Shown: positions 38,295 through 48,173 of the stretch, in pieces
How positions within the stretch are numbered: position 1 is the first letter of the stretch
How the letters are laid out: each line of letters begins with the position of its first letter
NCBI GenBank assembly: GCA_044867425.1
Contig: JBIOUX010000220.1
Coordinates: 4,942-68,941 of the forward strand
Source of the DNA: Acidimicrobiia bacterium
Lineage (GTDB): Bacteria > Actinomycetota > Acidimicrobiia > IMCC26256 > BP-133
Length of the DNA stretch: 64,000 bases
Direction: 5' to 3'
Notes under the pieces: model-generated
Database searches by the model: none
What the model was told of the DNA's origin: nothing
Seen by the model: only the letters and a program-made list of their open reading frames with translations
Program-made: the position numbers and the translations under genes

Positions 38295-40482
38295 CCCTGG
38301 AGGAGGTCGCATCCGAGCTGACCCAGCCGCTCCTGCTGCTCCGGGTGCTCGACGCCCTCGGCCACCGTGGTGAGGCGGAGCCGGCGGGCGATGTCGATGA
38401 TGCCCCCAGTGAGCTCACCGTCGGCCGGCACCCGCCCGAGCTCGGCCACGAAACACCGGTCGATCTTCAGCATGTTGACCGGCAGGTGGGTAGATGGGCG
38501 AGGGTCGACTGGCCCCACCCGAAGTCGTCGAGCGCCAGCACGACTCCGAGCGCCCGCAAGGCCTGGAGGTTGGGGAGGATCGTCTGCCTGTCCGCCAGCA
38601 CCGTTGACCCGCTCAGCTCCAGCACCAGCGCGCCGGGTTCGACCCCCGTCGCCGCCAGCGCCGCCTGCACCCGGGTGACGAGGTCGGTCCGGGAAAGCTC
38701 CTGGGGCGAGAGGTTGACGTTCAGGCGGCGTGGCGCCTCCGGCCCGAGGTCGGCGCGCCAGGCGGCGAAGTCCTCGAGGGAGCGACGCAGCACGAAGTCA
38801 CCGAGCCGGGGCATGAGCCCGCCGTCCTCGGCCACCCGCAGGAACTCGGCCGTGAGCAGGAGGCCGTGGCCGGGCCGGCGCCAGCGGACGAGGGCCTCGA
38901 CACTGTCGATCGCCCCGGTGCGGGCATCGACGATGGGCTGGTAGTGGCACTCGAGCTCGCCTCGGTCCAGCGCCTGCCGGAGGGCGCCCTCGAGCCCCAT
39001 GCGCTGCCGGCCCTCGGTCAGCATGCTGCGCCGGAAGAGGTGCGAGCGGCTCTTGCCGGCGGACTTGGCCGAGTACATGGCGGCGTCGGCGGCCCGCATG
39101 AGCTCATCGGGCCTCGACGTGCCGTCCCAGAGGGCCACGCCGATGCTGCCCCGGGGTGTGATCTCGACGTCGTCGACGGCAACCGGAGTGGACAGGCGGG
39201 CGACGATCCGGTCGGCGATCTCCAGAGCGGCCTCCTCGCCCTCCAGGTCGACGAGGAGGACGGCGAACTCGTCGCCACCGAGGCGGGCGGGTGTGTCGGT
39301 GGCCCGGGCGCCGGCCCCCAGGGCCTCCCCGACGTGGCCGAGGAGGGCGTCACCACCCTCATGACCGAGGCTGTCGTTGACGTGCTTGAACCCGTCGAGA
39401 TCGATCAGCAGCAAGGCGACCTTCTCGCCCTGGTCGGGCCGGAGTGCCTCCTCCAGCCGCTGGTAGAGCAGAGCCCGGTTGGGGAGACCGGTCAGGGCGT
39501 CGTAGTGGGCCTGCCGGCGCAGGTCCTCGGTCAGTGAGGCGCCACGAATGGCCAGAGCCACATTGGATTCGAGGCGCTGGAGGGCGTCGACCGAGTCCTG
39601 GGGCAGGGGCTCGGCGCTCGTGACGGTGATCATCGTGACCAGCTCGCGGCGGACTTCGAGCCGCATCTGGTAGACGGCCGGCATGGTGGCCGTGGCCGGG
39701 AGGTCATTCCGCCGGCAGGCGATCTGGGTCGAGCCGTCGACCGTCGTCTCGCTGATGTCGGCCTGGATGCCGGGACGGTTCACGAGCTCCACCACGGCAT
39801 CCAGCGCCACCTCGTAGATGTCCGCCCGGGACGTGCTCGAGACGAGGGCGACGCCGGCGCCGAGCAACACCCGCTCGCGGGCCAGAGCCAGCTCGTGGTG
39901 CTCGAGGACGGAGACGACGAGCCGGATGAGCCCCCCGACGAGCAGGTAGGAGGGCGGGAACCACAGCGTGTCGACCAGGCGGAGCCACCACGGGGCCCAA
40001 CCCCAGGCCTCCCGGAGAACCGCAGAGCCGAAGATTGCCAGGCTCCACCAGATGCCTCGAACGAGGAACTGGCGATTGGACCCGAAGGCGGCTCGCAGGA
40101 ACAGCCCGAAGGCGACGGTGCTGAACACCCACGCGCCCTTGCCTTCGAGCAGGAGAGCGATGAAGAGCAGGGCCGCCTCGCTGGCGTTGATGAGGGTGCT
40201 GGCCCGCTCGCCGTGGGCGCAGCGCCGCCACAGCCACCACACGGCGGCGAGGGCGACGGCAGCCGGAAGGTTGCGCCGCGACTCCGAGGTGACGTCGGTC
40301 GCCACCAGCACTACGCCCAGCGCCGCCAACGAGAGCACGACGGCGGAGATGCCGGCCTGCACGGTGGCCAGCACTCCTGACCCCGGGCGCCATCCCGCCA
40401 GGCTCTGCAGCCGTGTCCATGTCCGGGTGAGCCGGCCGACCGGCTCCTCTGCGCGCGCCTCAGAATCCTTTTTCGACGTCAT
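38225..40482 (-). pseudogene. membrane-sensor GGDEF-EAL protein with a 1-nt frameshift inside the EAL domain
   Basis: ORF 38467..40530 has TM segments, GGDEF (RLGGDEFAVLL) and EAL (EALVRW) motifs, and ends at DDFGWGQSTLAHLPTCRSTC*. ORF 38225..38518 continues in another frame with LPVNMLKIDRCFV...TTVAEGVEHPEQ...QGYLFS. The shift lies at about 38485-38490. Confidence 0.8.
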
Positions 40483-40694
40483 ACACCCTTTTTCGGCGTC
40501 CTTGGATGCCGGTTGAGCGCTCGGTGCCATTTCTTCAAATTTCCGGCCACGTTATTGGTTGAACCTTCCAGAGAATCGGTCGGAATTGTGACCCGGGGCT
40601 GGCAGGGCCTCCCAGTTGTTCGGCTGAGCGCCTGGCCGGTTGGGGAACCGCTGTGCTATGCAGCACGCGGCAGGCGGACGGCGAGGGAGCACGA

Positions 40695-41813
40695 GTGACT
40701 GCGCTCGCGGGGATCGTCACCAACTCGGCGTCCGGGCGAGACATCCGCCGCCTGGTGACGCGGGCCTCGGTGTTCCCCAACGCCGAGAAGTCGGCCATGG
40801 TCCAGCGCACCCTCGGCGCCTTGGGCGCGGTGGGGGTGGAACGGGTGCTGGTCATGACCGACCTGGGTGGTATCGCCGCCGGCGTCCTCCGGGCCCGCCA
40901 GCGGGGCCACCAGGACACCATCTCCTGGCCCGAGGTCGAGTTCTTGGACCTGCCCCTCACCGAGACCGCCTCTGACACCACCGCCGCCGTCACCGCCATG
41001 GTCGACCGAGGGGTGGGCGCCATCGTCGTGCTGGGGGGCGACGGCACCAACCGGGTGGTGGCCGGGGCCTGCGGGGACGTGCCCATCGTCTCGCTGTCCA
41101 CCGGCACCAACAACGTCTTCCCCGAGCTGCGGGAGGCGACGGTGGCCGGGCTGGCCGCCGGCCTCGTCGCCACCGGGGCGGTGCCGGCCGAGGCGGTGTG
41201 CCGGCGCAACAAGGTGCTCGTCGTTGACGATCTCGCCGCCGCCACCCATCCCGCGTTAACGAAACCCGGCTCCCAGCCGGGTTCGGTTAACGCGCGACGG
41301 GGTGGGGAGGCGCCGGCTCGCCGGCGGGAGCTGGCGCTGGTCGACGTGTGCGCCACCACCCACGCCTTCCTGGCCACCCGGGCAGTGTGGGAGGCCGACA
41401 GCCTCCGGGCCCTGTTCGTCGCCTTCGCCGAGCCCGACGCCATCGGCCTGTCCGCCATCGCCGGACTGCTGCGCCCCGTGGGTCGCGACGAACCCTTCGG
41501 CCTCGCCCTCCAGCTGGCCCCGGCGGCCGAGGCCCGGCTCCGGGTGCGCGCCCCCATCGGCCCCGGCCTGGTGGTCGACGTCGGGGTGGAGGACGCCACT
41601 CCGATGATGCCGGGGGAACGCTGGCCGCTTCCCGCCGGCACCGGGGTCATCGCCCTCGACGGCGAGCGCGAGATCGAGCCCAACGGAGCCCGGCCGACCG
41701 TCCGGCTGGAGCTCGACGGTCCTTACACCATCGATGTCCGCCGCACGCTGGCCCGAGCGGCCGAGGCCGGCCTGCTCACCGACGGCGTCGTTCGCATCCC
41801 GCCCGTGACCTGA
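40695..41813 (+). CDS. acoX: ATP-NAD kinase family protein (AcoX-like)
   Basis: GTG start after GAGGGAG. Contains VVLGGDGTNRVV and LSTGTNNVFP. It lies directly upstream of acoA/B/C-like genes and carries an internal palindromic insert. Confidence 0.7.
   Translation: MTALAGIVTNSASGRDIRRLVTRASVFPNAEKSAMVQRTLGALGAVGVERVLVMTDLGGIAAGVLRARQRGHQDTISWPEVEFLDLPLTETASDTTAAVTAMVDRGVGAIVVLGGDGTNRVVAGACGDVPIVSLSTGTNNVFPELREATVAGLAAGLVATGAVPAEAVCRRNKVLVVDDLAAATHPALTKPGSQPGSVNARRGGEAPARRRELALVDVCATTHAFLATRAVWEADSLRALFVAFAEPDAIGLSAIAGLLRPVGRDEPFGLALQLAPAAEARLRVRAPIGPGLVVDVGVEDATPMMPGERWPLPAGTGVIALDGEREIEPNGARPTVRLELDGPYTIDVRRTLARAAEAGLLTDGVVRIPPVT
41252..41294. repeat. GTTAAC-centred palindromic mini-repeat, copy 1 (inside acoX)
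   Basis: CGCGTTAACGAAACCCGGC-TCCCA-GCCGGGTTCGGTTAACGCG, with 19-nt arms and 2 mismatches. Its right arm (41275-41297) is an exact 23-nt reverse-complement match to 52197-52219. Confidence 0.75.
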
Positions 41814-41830
41814 GACAAGGAGGAGGACTC

Positions 41831-42805
41831 TTGGCTGCTCAACTGACCAAGGATCGGCTGCTCGAGGCCTATCGGACCATGAGGACGATCCGGGAGTTCG
41901 AGGACCGGATCCACACCGAGTTCGCCACCGGCACGATCCCCGGCTTCGTCCACCTCTACGCCGGCGAGGAGGCGTCGGCCACCGGGGTGTGCATGCACCT
42001 GGGACCGGACGACCGCATCGGCAGCACGCATCGGGGCCACGGCCACTGCATCGCCAAGGGCGTCGACGTGATGGCGATGATGGCCGAGATCTACGGGAAG
42101 GTCACGGGCGCCTGCCGGGGCAAGGGCGGGTCCATGCACATCGCCGACCTCAGCCTCGGGATGATGGGCGCCAACGGCATCGTCGGCGGCGGCCCGCCGC
42201 TCATCTGCGGGGCGGCGCTGGCGGCCAAGCACCGGGGCCAGGGCGGCGTCGGGGTGGCCTTCTTCGGCGACGGCGCCTCCAACCAGGGCACCACGCTGGA
42301 GGCCCTCAACCTGGCCACGGTGTGGGACCTCCCCGCCGTGTTCGTGGCCGAGAACAACGGCTACGCCGAGTCCACCTCGCCCAAGTGGTCGGTGGCGGGC
42401 GAGAGCATCGGCGACCGGGCGGCGGCCTTCGGGATGCCGGGGGCAACGGTGGACGGCTTCGACTTCTTCGCCGTCTACGAGGCGGCCGGCGAGGCCATCG
42501 AACGGGCCCGCCAGGGCGGCGGCCCGTCCCTCATCGAGGTCAAGTTCATGCGCTACTACGGCCACTTCGAAGGCGACGGCCAGACGTACCGGGGCGAGAA
42601 CGAGGTGGCCCGCCTCAAGGAGACCAGGGACGTGCTCAAGCAGTTCCGCGAGCGGGTGACGTCCCAGATGGGCGTCAGCGGCGACGAGCTCGACCTCGTC
42701 GACAAGGAGGTCGGCCAGCTCATCGACCAGGCCGTCGAAGCCGCCCAGGCCGCTCCCCTACCCGGGGCCGACGACCTGCTGACCGACGTCTACGTCTCCT
42801 ACTAG
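41831..42805 (+). CDS. acoA: TPP-dependent acetoin/pyruvate-type dehydrogenase E1 alpha subunit
   Basis: TTG start after AAGGAGGAGGA. Contains GFVHLYAGEEA, THRGHGHCIAKG, GSMH, GDGASNQG and ENNGYA. Confidence 0.85.
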   Translation: MAAQLTKDRLLEAYRTMRTIREFEDRIHTEFATGTIPGFVHLYAGEEASATGVCMHLGPDDRIGSTHRGHGHCIAKGVDVMAMMAEIYGKVTGACRGKGGSMHIADLSLGMMGANGIVGGGPPLICGAALAAKHRGQGGVGVAFFGDGASNQGTTLEALNLATVWDLPAVFVAENNGYAESTSPKWSVAGESIGDRAAAFGMPGATVDGFDFFAVYEAAGEAIERARQGGGPSLIEVKFMRYYGHFEGDGQTYRGENEVARLKETRDVLKQFRERVTSQMGVSGDELDLVDKEVGQLIDQAVEAAQAAPLPGADDLLTDVYVSY

Positions 42806-42824
42806 GGCGAGGAGGGAACCTCTC

Positions 42825-43838
42825 ATGGCACGCACGATCACCTACCGGCAGGCCATCAACGAGGCGCTCCGCCAGGAGATGGAGCGCGACGACACCGTCA
42901 TCGTCATGGGCGAGGACAACGCCGGCGGCCAGGGCACCGAGGGCGAGCGCGACGCCTGGGGCGGCGTGCTGGGCGTCACCAAGGGCCTCTACCCCACCTT
43001 TGGGGACCGGGTGATGGACACCCCCATCACCGAGTCGGCCTTCATCGGCGCCGCCATCGGGGCGGCCGCCTGCGGCATGCGGCCGGTGGCCGAGCTCATG
43101 TTCATCGACTTCATGGGCGTCTGCTTCGACCAGATCTTCAACCAGGCGGCCAAGTTCCGGTACATGTTCGGGGGCAAGGCCGTCACCCCCGTCGTCATCC
43201 GCACCATGTTCGGGGCGGGACTCCGGGCCGCAGCCCAGCACAGTCAGGGCCTCTACCCCATCTTCACCCACATCCCCGGCCTGAAGGTGGTCATCCCGTC
43301 GACGCCTTACGAGGCCAAGGGGCTGCTGATCCAGTCGATCCGCGACGACGACCCGGTCATCTTCTGCGAGCACAAGATGCTCTATGACATGACCGGCGAC
43401 GTCCCCGAGGAGAGCTACACGATCCCCTTTGGGGAGGCCAACGTGGTGCGTGACGGCGACCACGCCACCCTGGTGGCCGTGGGCCGGATGGTCCACACCG
43501 CCACCGAGGCGGCCGAGGAGCTGGCCGGCTCGGGCGTGGAGTGCGACGTCATCGACCTGCGCACCTCCAGCCCGCTCGATGCCGAGACCATCCTCGAGTC
43601 GGTCGAGCGCACCGGCCGGCTGGTGGTGGTCGACGAGGCCAGCCCCCGCTGCGGCCTGGCCGCCGACATCTCCGCCCTGGTGGCCCAGGAGGCGTTCGGG
43701 TCGCTGCGGGCCCCCATCCAGATGGTGACCCCGCCCCACACGCCGGTGCCCTTCTCCAGCGCCCTGGAGGACCTCTACATCCCCGATGCCCAGAAGGTGG
43801 TGGGCGCCGTCAAGACCGTCATGGACTACGAGAAATGA
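42825..43838 (+). CDS. acoB: E1 beta subunit
   Basis: Contains TYRQAINEALRQEMERDDTVIVMGED, DTPITESAFIGAAIGAA and PGLKVVIPSTPYEAKGLL. Confidence 0.9.
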   Translation: MARTITYRQAINEALRQEMERDDTVIVMGEDNAGGQGTEGERDAWGGVLGVTKGLYPTFGDRVMDTPITESAFIGAAIGAAACGMRPVAELMFIDFMGVCFDQIFNQAAKFRYMFGGKAVTPVVIRTMFGAGLRAAAQHSQGLYPIFTHIPGLKVVIPSTPYEAKGLLIQSIRDDDPVIFCEHKMLYDMTGDVPEESYTIPFGEANVVRDGDHATLVAVGRMVHTATEAAEELAGSGVECDVIDLRTSSPLDAETILESVERTGRLVVVDEASPRCGLAADISALVAQEAFGSLRAPIQMVTPPHTPVPFSSALEDLYIPDAQKVVGAVKTVMDYEK

Positions 43839-44959
43839 GCCAGATCCACAAGCTGACCATGCCCAAGTGGGGTCTCTCCATGACCGAGGGCAAGGTCGAG
43901 GCGTGGCTGGTGGCCGAGGGGGACCCGATCGAGCCCGGCATGGAGGTCGCCGACGTCGACACCGAGAAGATCTCGGGCTCGGTCGAGGTCCCGCCGGGCG
44001 TGACCGGGATCCTGCGCCGGCAGGTGGCGGCGACGGGCGACGTGCTGCCCGTCGGCGCCCTCCTCGCCGTCGTGGCCGGGGCGGAGGTGGCGGACGAGGA
44101 GATCGAGGCGCTGATCGCCGAGTTCCAGGCCACCTTCGTCCCCGAGGAGGCGGCCGAGGAGGGGCCGGCCCGCCAGGACGTCGAGGTCGCCGGCACCCGC
44201 CTGCGCTACGTCCAGGTCGGCGACGGCGACCAGGCCGTCGTCCTGCTCCACGGCTTCGGCGGCGACAAGGACACCTGGCTGTTCAACCTCGACGCCCTGG
44301 CCGAGGGCCGCACCGTCTACGCCCTCGACCTGCCCGGGCACGGCGAGTCGGGCAAGGAGGTGGCCGACGGCTCCGTCGCCGGCCTGGCCGCCACCGTGAG
44401 CGGCGCCCTCGACGCCCTCGGGATCGACCGCGTCGACCTCGTCGGCCACTCGATGGGCGCGGCGGTGGCCATGGCGGTGGCGGCCGCCGCCCCGGGTCGG
44501 GTCCGGTCCCTGGCCCTGCTGGCTCCCGCCGGGCTGGGCCAGGAGATCAACACCGGCTACCTGCGCGGCTTCGTGGCCGCCCAGAGTCGCCGGGAGCTGA
44601 AGCCCCACGTGGAGCAGCTCTTCGCCGACCCGGCGCTCGTCACCCGGGAGCTGCTCGAGAACGTGCTCAAGTTCAAGCGGCTGGACGGGGCGCAGGCGGC
44701 GCTGTCGGCCGTGCTCGACGGGTTCCTCGCCGGCGAGGGCCAGGCCACCGTCCTGGCCGAGCCGGTGGCCGCCCTCGGGATCCCGACCCTGGTCGTGGCC
44801 GGCGCCGAAGACCGGGTCATCCCCCCCGGGCACGCCGGCGCCCTGGGCGGGAAGGCGGCGGTGCACGTCCTGGAAGGCAAGGGCCACATGATCCACATGG
44901 AGGCGGCCGGCGAGGTCAACCGCCTGCTCGCTGACCACCTCGGTGCCGCATCCCGGTAA
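43835..44959 (+). CDS. acoC: AcoC-type E2-like protein (lipoyl domain fused to alpha/beta hydrolase fold)
   Basis: ATGA overlap with acoB. Lipoyl domain MPKWGLSMTEGKV...VDTEKISGSVE, then VLLHGFGGD and GHSMGAAVA. Confidence 0.8.
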   Translation: MSQIHKLTMPKWGLSMTEGKVEAWLVAEGDPIEPGMEVADVDTEKISGSVEVPPGVTGILRRQVAATGDVLPVGALLAVVAGAEVADEEIEALIAEFQATFVPEEAAEEGPARQDVEVAGTRLRYVQVGDGDQAVVLLHGFGGDKDTWLFNLDALAEGRTVYALDLPGHGESGKEVADGSVAGLAATVSGALDALGIDRVDLVGHSMGAAVAMAVAAAAPGRVRSLALLAPAGLGQEINTGYLRGFVAAQSRRELKPHVEQLFADPALVTRELLENVLKFKRLDGAQAALSAVLDGFLAGEGQATVLAEPVAALGIPTLVVAGAEDRVIPPGHAGALGGKAAVHVLEGKGHMIHMEAAGEVNRLLADHLGAASR

Positions 44960-44972
44960 TCGCCTGGAGGTG

Positions 44973-45395
44973 ATGCCAATGCGTAGCTGGACAGCACGGG
45001 TGGCGTTGGCGGGGACGATCACATTGGGGTTGGTCGCCCCCGCCGGTGCTCACTCCCCCGGTGTGCAAGGGACGACCACCGTGGACCCGACGAGCGGTTC
45101 CCGGGGTTCCCACGTCACCGCCGGCGCCCAGGGTGTCGATACGGCAACCGGTTCGCCCTACTCGCTGATGTTTGCCGACTCCAATTTCGTCAGGCGCTTC
45201 GACCAGTCACAGCCCGGACATTCGAGCGCCTGCGCCCACGGTACGCCGGTGGCCGAACCGGTGAGCCCGGAGGCCGACGGGAGCATCCCGGCGGTGGACG
45301 CCACCATCCCGTTCTGGGCGTCTTCCGGTACCGCGCAGTTGTGCTTCACCAACGGCTCGCACGTCACGGAGCCGGCCGCGTTCAACGTGACCTGA
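44973..45395 (+). CDS. secreted hypothetical protein
   Basis: GGAGG lies before the ATG. Signal peptide MPMRSWTARVALAGTITLGLVAPAGA. GC looks lower than in neighbouring genes. Confidence 0.55.
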   Translation: MPMRSWTARVALAGTITLGLVAPAGAHSPGVQGTTTVDPTSGSRGSHVTAGAQGVDTATGSPYSLMFADSNFVRRFDQSQPGHSSACAHGTPVAEPVSPEADGSIPAVDATIPFWASSGTAQLCFTNGSHVTEPAAFNVT

Positions 45396-45493
45396 GATCT
45401 GCACCTTTCAACCCGCCGTGCACCCCGGATCCCAGGTTCAAACGGCGGAGATTCCGGGGATAGGCAACCTGGCGTAACCAACGACATCAGGAG

Positions 45494-45691
45494 GTGTCCG
45501 TGACCCTGGGCGAGCGTCTGGAAGCGGCGGAGTTGAGCCAGCAGATCGAGGCGGCCTGCCTGCGGGCTGTCCGCCGGGCCCTGCGAGAGGTCCTCGAACC
45601 CCACTTTGAGATCCACCTCAGCGAGGAAGAGGCCCGCGCCACTCTCTCCGACATCGAGGCTTTCCGGACGCAGATGCTCGCACCGGCCTGA
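45494..45691 (+). CDS. small helical hypothetical protein
   Basis: AGGAGG lies adjacent to tandem GTG codons. The 65-aa sequence is Glu/Leu/Ala-rich and non-degenerate. Confidence 0.45.
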   Translation: MSVTLGERLEAAELSQQIEAACLRAVRRALREVLEPHFEIHLSEEEARATLSDIEAFRTQMLAPA

Positions 45692-45757
45692 GGAGTGGCT
45701 GAACGCCGTTCGCGAGGTGTGCGAGCCCGACTCCGGTCCCCGCCCGGCCTCGCCCGC

Positions 45758-48115
45758 TCAGCCCGGCGGCGTGTCGTGTTCGTAGACGCCGATGAGGGCG
45801 GCGTTCACGATGCTGGCGGCGGAGATGCCCGTGATCTGGTGGAGGTCGGCGATGGTGCCGGACTCCCCGAAGCGGTCGACGCCGAGGGGGTACTGACGGG
45901 CGGCCAGGGCTGAGCCGATCCAGCCCAGGGAATGGCTGGCCCCGTCGTGGACGCTGACCACGGGCCGGCGGCGCTCCTCGGGCGGGACCAGCCGGTGCAT
46001 GAGACTCGGCGCCCGGATGACGGTGGCTGAGGCCGCCGCCCGGGCGAAGCCCCGCTGCCAGCCCCGGTAGGCCCGGTCGGGACTGGTGAGGTGGACGACG
46101 GTGGCGTCGACGCCCTCGGCGTCGAGCTGCTCGGCGGCGGCCAGCGCCTCGGGCACCATGACGCCGGTGGCGACGATGGTGGCGCCGGGCCGGTCGGTGG
46201 GCGGCGCGTCGCGCAGCCGGTAGCCGCCGGCCAGGACCAGCTGGCGCAGCACGTCCTCGCCGTAGCGCTCCAGGGCGGCGGCGAAAGGCGCCTGGTCGAT
46301 GGGCCGGGTGGACAGGCGCAGGTACAGGCTCTCGCCGTCGGCGGCGCCGCACGAGGCGAGCCCGGCGCACAGCAGCCAGTCCACCTCGGTGGAGTAGGCG
46401 GGCTCGCACGCCACCAGGCCGGGCAGCTCGAGGCCGACCGAGGGGGTGATGGTCGACTGGTGGGCGCCGCCCTCGGGCGCCAGCGTCACCCCTGAGGGGG
46501 TGCCGACGATGATGAACTTGGAGCCGTTGTAGAGGCTGTAGATCAGGGCGTCGAGGCCCCGCAGCACGAAGGGGTCGTAGACCGTGCCGATGGGCAGCAG
46601 GTGCTGGCCGTGGTGGTCGTGGCTCAGCCCGAGCTGGCCGAGGAGCAGGAACAGGTTCATCTCCGAGATGCCCAGCTCGATGTGGCGGCCCTTGGGCGAC
46701 GGCGCCCACTTGAGCAGCCGGTCCCGGCCGCCGTGGTCGTCGCGCTCGTCGTGGGAGAACACGCCCGTCTTGTTGATCCAGCCGCCCAGGTTGGTGGAGA
46801 TGGCCACGTCGGGGGCCGTGGTGACGATCCGCGGGCCGACTTCGTCCACGTCGGCCAGGCGGGCCAGGACCCGCCCGAACGCCTCCTGGGTGGAGATGGC
46901 GCCCGAGGTGACGGGGCCGGTGGCCGAGGTGGGGATCGGCAGCTTGGGGCGGGGCACCGGCGCCGGGTTGTTGATCTCGAAACCAGCCCGGGCGCAGAGC
47001 TGCCCGGCGGGGCTGTCGGGATCGAACCGGTCCCACTCCGTCTCGGGCGTGAGCCCGGTCGCCGTCCGCAGGTCGTCGATCTGCTCGGGGGTGAGCATGG
47101 CGGAGTGGTTGAGGGGGTTGCCGGCCATGGGGAGCCCCCAGCCCTTGACGGTGTAGGCGAACACCACGCTGGGCCGGTCGGCCTCCCGGTCACAGGACCG
47201 GAACGTGTCGATGAGGAGCTCAAGGTCGTGGCCGCCAAGGTCGGTGACGAGCGACTTGAGCCCGGCGTCGTCGAACTCGCCGGCCAGGGCGTGCACGGCC
47301 GGGTCGGCGCCGGCCAGGAACTTGGTCCGCAGCGCCGGCCCCTCCAGGCCGAACAGCGACTGGTAGGCCTCGTTGGACATGGCGTCGATGTGGGCCCGCA
47401 GGGCTTCCCCGCCGGGTTGAGCGAACGCCTGGGTCAGCCGGGAGCCGTACTTGGCCTCGGTGACGTGCCAGCCGGCGTTGGCGAAGAACTGCTGGAGGCG
47501 GCGGGCCTGGATCTCGGGGACGACCCGGTCCAGGCTCTGGCGGTTGAGGTCGACGATGAGGGTCACGTTCCCCAGGCCCTGGGCGCCGGGGTCGGAGATC
47601 GCCTCCCAGACGTTGCCCTCGTCGAGCTCGGCGTCGCCCAGGGTGGCGATGAAACGGGCCGGCGGCCCGGCCCCGAAGTGGGCGTCGGTGTAGCGGCGCA
47701 CCAGCGAGCTGAACAGCGGCGCCACCGCCCCCAGTCCCACCGATCCGGTGGAGAAGTCCCGCACGTCGGGGTCCTTGGTGCGGGAGGGGTAGGCCTGCAG
47801 CCCGCCCCGCTGGCGCAGGGTGGTGAGGTAGGAGCGGTCGAGCTCGCCCGTCAGGTACTTGATGGCGTGGTAGACGGGCGAGGCGTGGGGTTTGACCGCC
47901 ACCTTGTCGGCCCCGTTGATATGGGCGAACCACAGCGCCGTCATCATCGACACCATCGAGGCCGACGACGCCTGGTGGCCCCCCACCTTGATCTCGGTCG
48001 GCCCCCGCCGGTTGGCGGCGTCGACGATCCGGACGGCGAGCCACAGCACGCGGCGCTCGATCTCCCGGAGGGCGTCGAGGTCCACGTCGGCGGGGGTGTC
48101 AGTCAGCTGGGTCAC
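45758..48115 (-). CDS. AceE-like homodimeric TPP-dependent E1 component
   Basis: Contains KVGGHQASSASMVSMMTALWF, FSTGSVGLG, LGDAELDEGNVWEAI and ISEMNLFLLLGQLG. 785 aa. Confidence 0.8.
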   Translation of the reverse strand: MTQLTDTPADVDLDALREIERRVLWLAVRIVDAANRRGPTEIKVGGHQASSASMVSMMTALWFAHINGADKVAVKPHASPVYHAIKYLTGELDRSYLTTLRQRGGLQAYPSRTKDPDVRDFSTGSVGLGAVAPLFSSLVRRYTDAHFGAGPPARFIATLGDAELDEGNVWEAISDPGAQGLGNVTLIVDLNRQSLDRVVPEIQARRLQQFFANAGWHVTEAKYGSRLTQAFAQPGGEALRAHIDAMSNEAYQSLFGLEGPALRTKFLAGADPAVHALAGEFDDAGLKSLVTDLGGHDLELLIDTFRSCDREADRPSVVFAYTVKGWGLPMAGNPLNHSAMLTPEQIDDLRTATGLTPETEWDRFDPDSPAGQLCARAGFEINNPAPVPRPKLPIPTSATGPVTSGAISTQEAFGRVLARLADVDEVGPRIVTTAPDVAISTNLGGWINKTGVFSHDERDDHGGRDRLLKWAPSPKGRHIELGISEMNLFLLLGQLGLSHDHHGQHLLPIGTVYDPFVLRGLDALIYSLYNGSKFIIVGTPSGVTLAPEGGAHQSTITPSVGLELPGLVACEPAYSTEVDWLLCAGLASCGAADGESLYLRLSTRPIDQAPFAAALERYGEDVLRQLVLAGGYRLRDAPPTDRPGATIVATGVMVPEALAAAEQLDAEGVDATVVHLTSPDRAYRGWQRGFARAAASATVIRAPSLMHRLVPPEERRRPVVSVHDGASHSLGWIGSALAARQYPLGVDRFGESGTIADLHQITGISAASIVNAALIGVYEHDTPPG

Positions 48116-48173
48116 CCTCCCAGGCTACCGATACGGCCCGGGCGTCGCCGGTTCGTTGGGCTGGCGCCTCCCG

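Noticed and set aside
40483-40694. A possible sigma-54 type promoter (TGGCA...TTG) upstream of acoX, as in proteobacterial aco operons.
   Set aside because: The GG-N10-GC spacing does not fit, and no AcoR-like activator is nearby. The lineage implied by the sequence generally lacks sigma-54.
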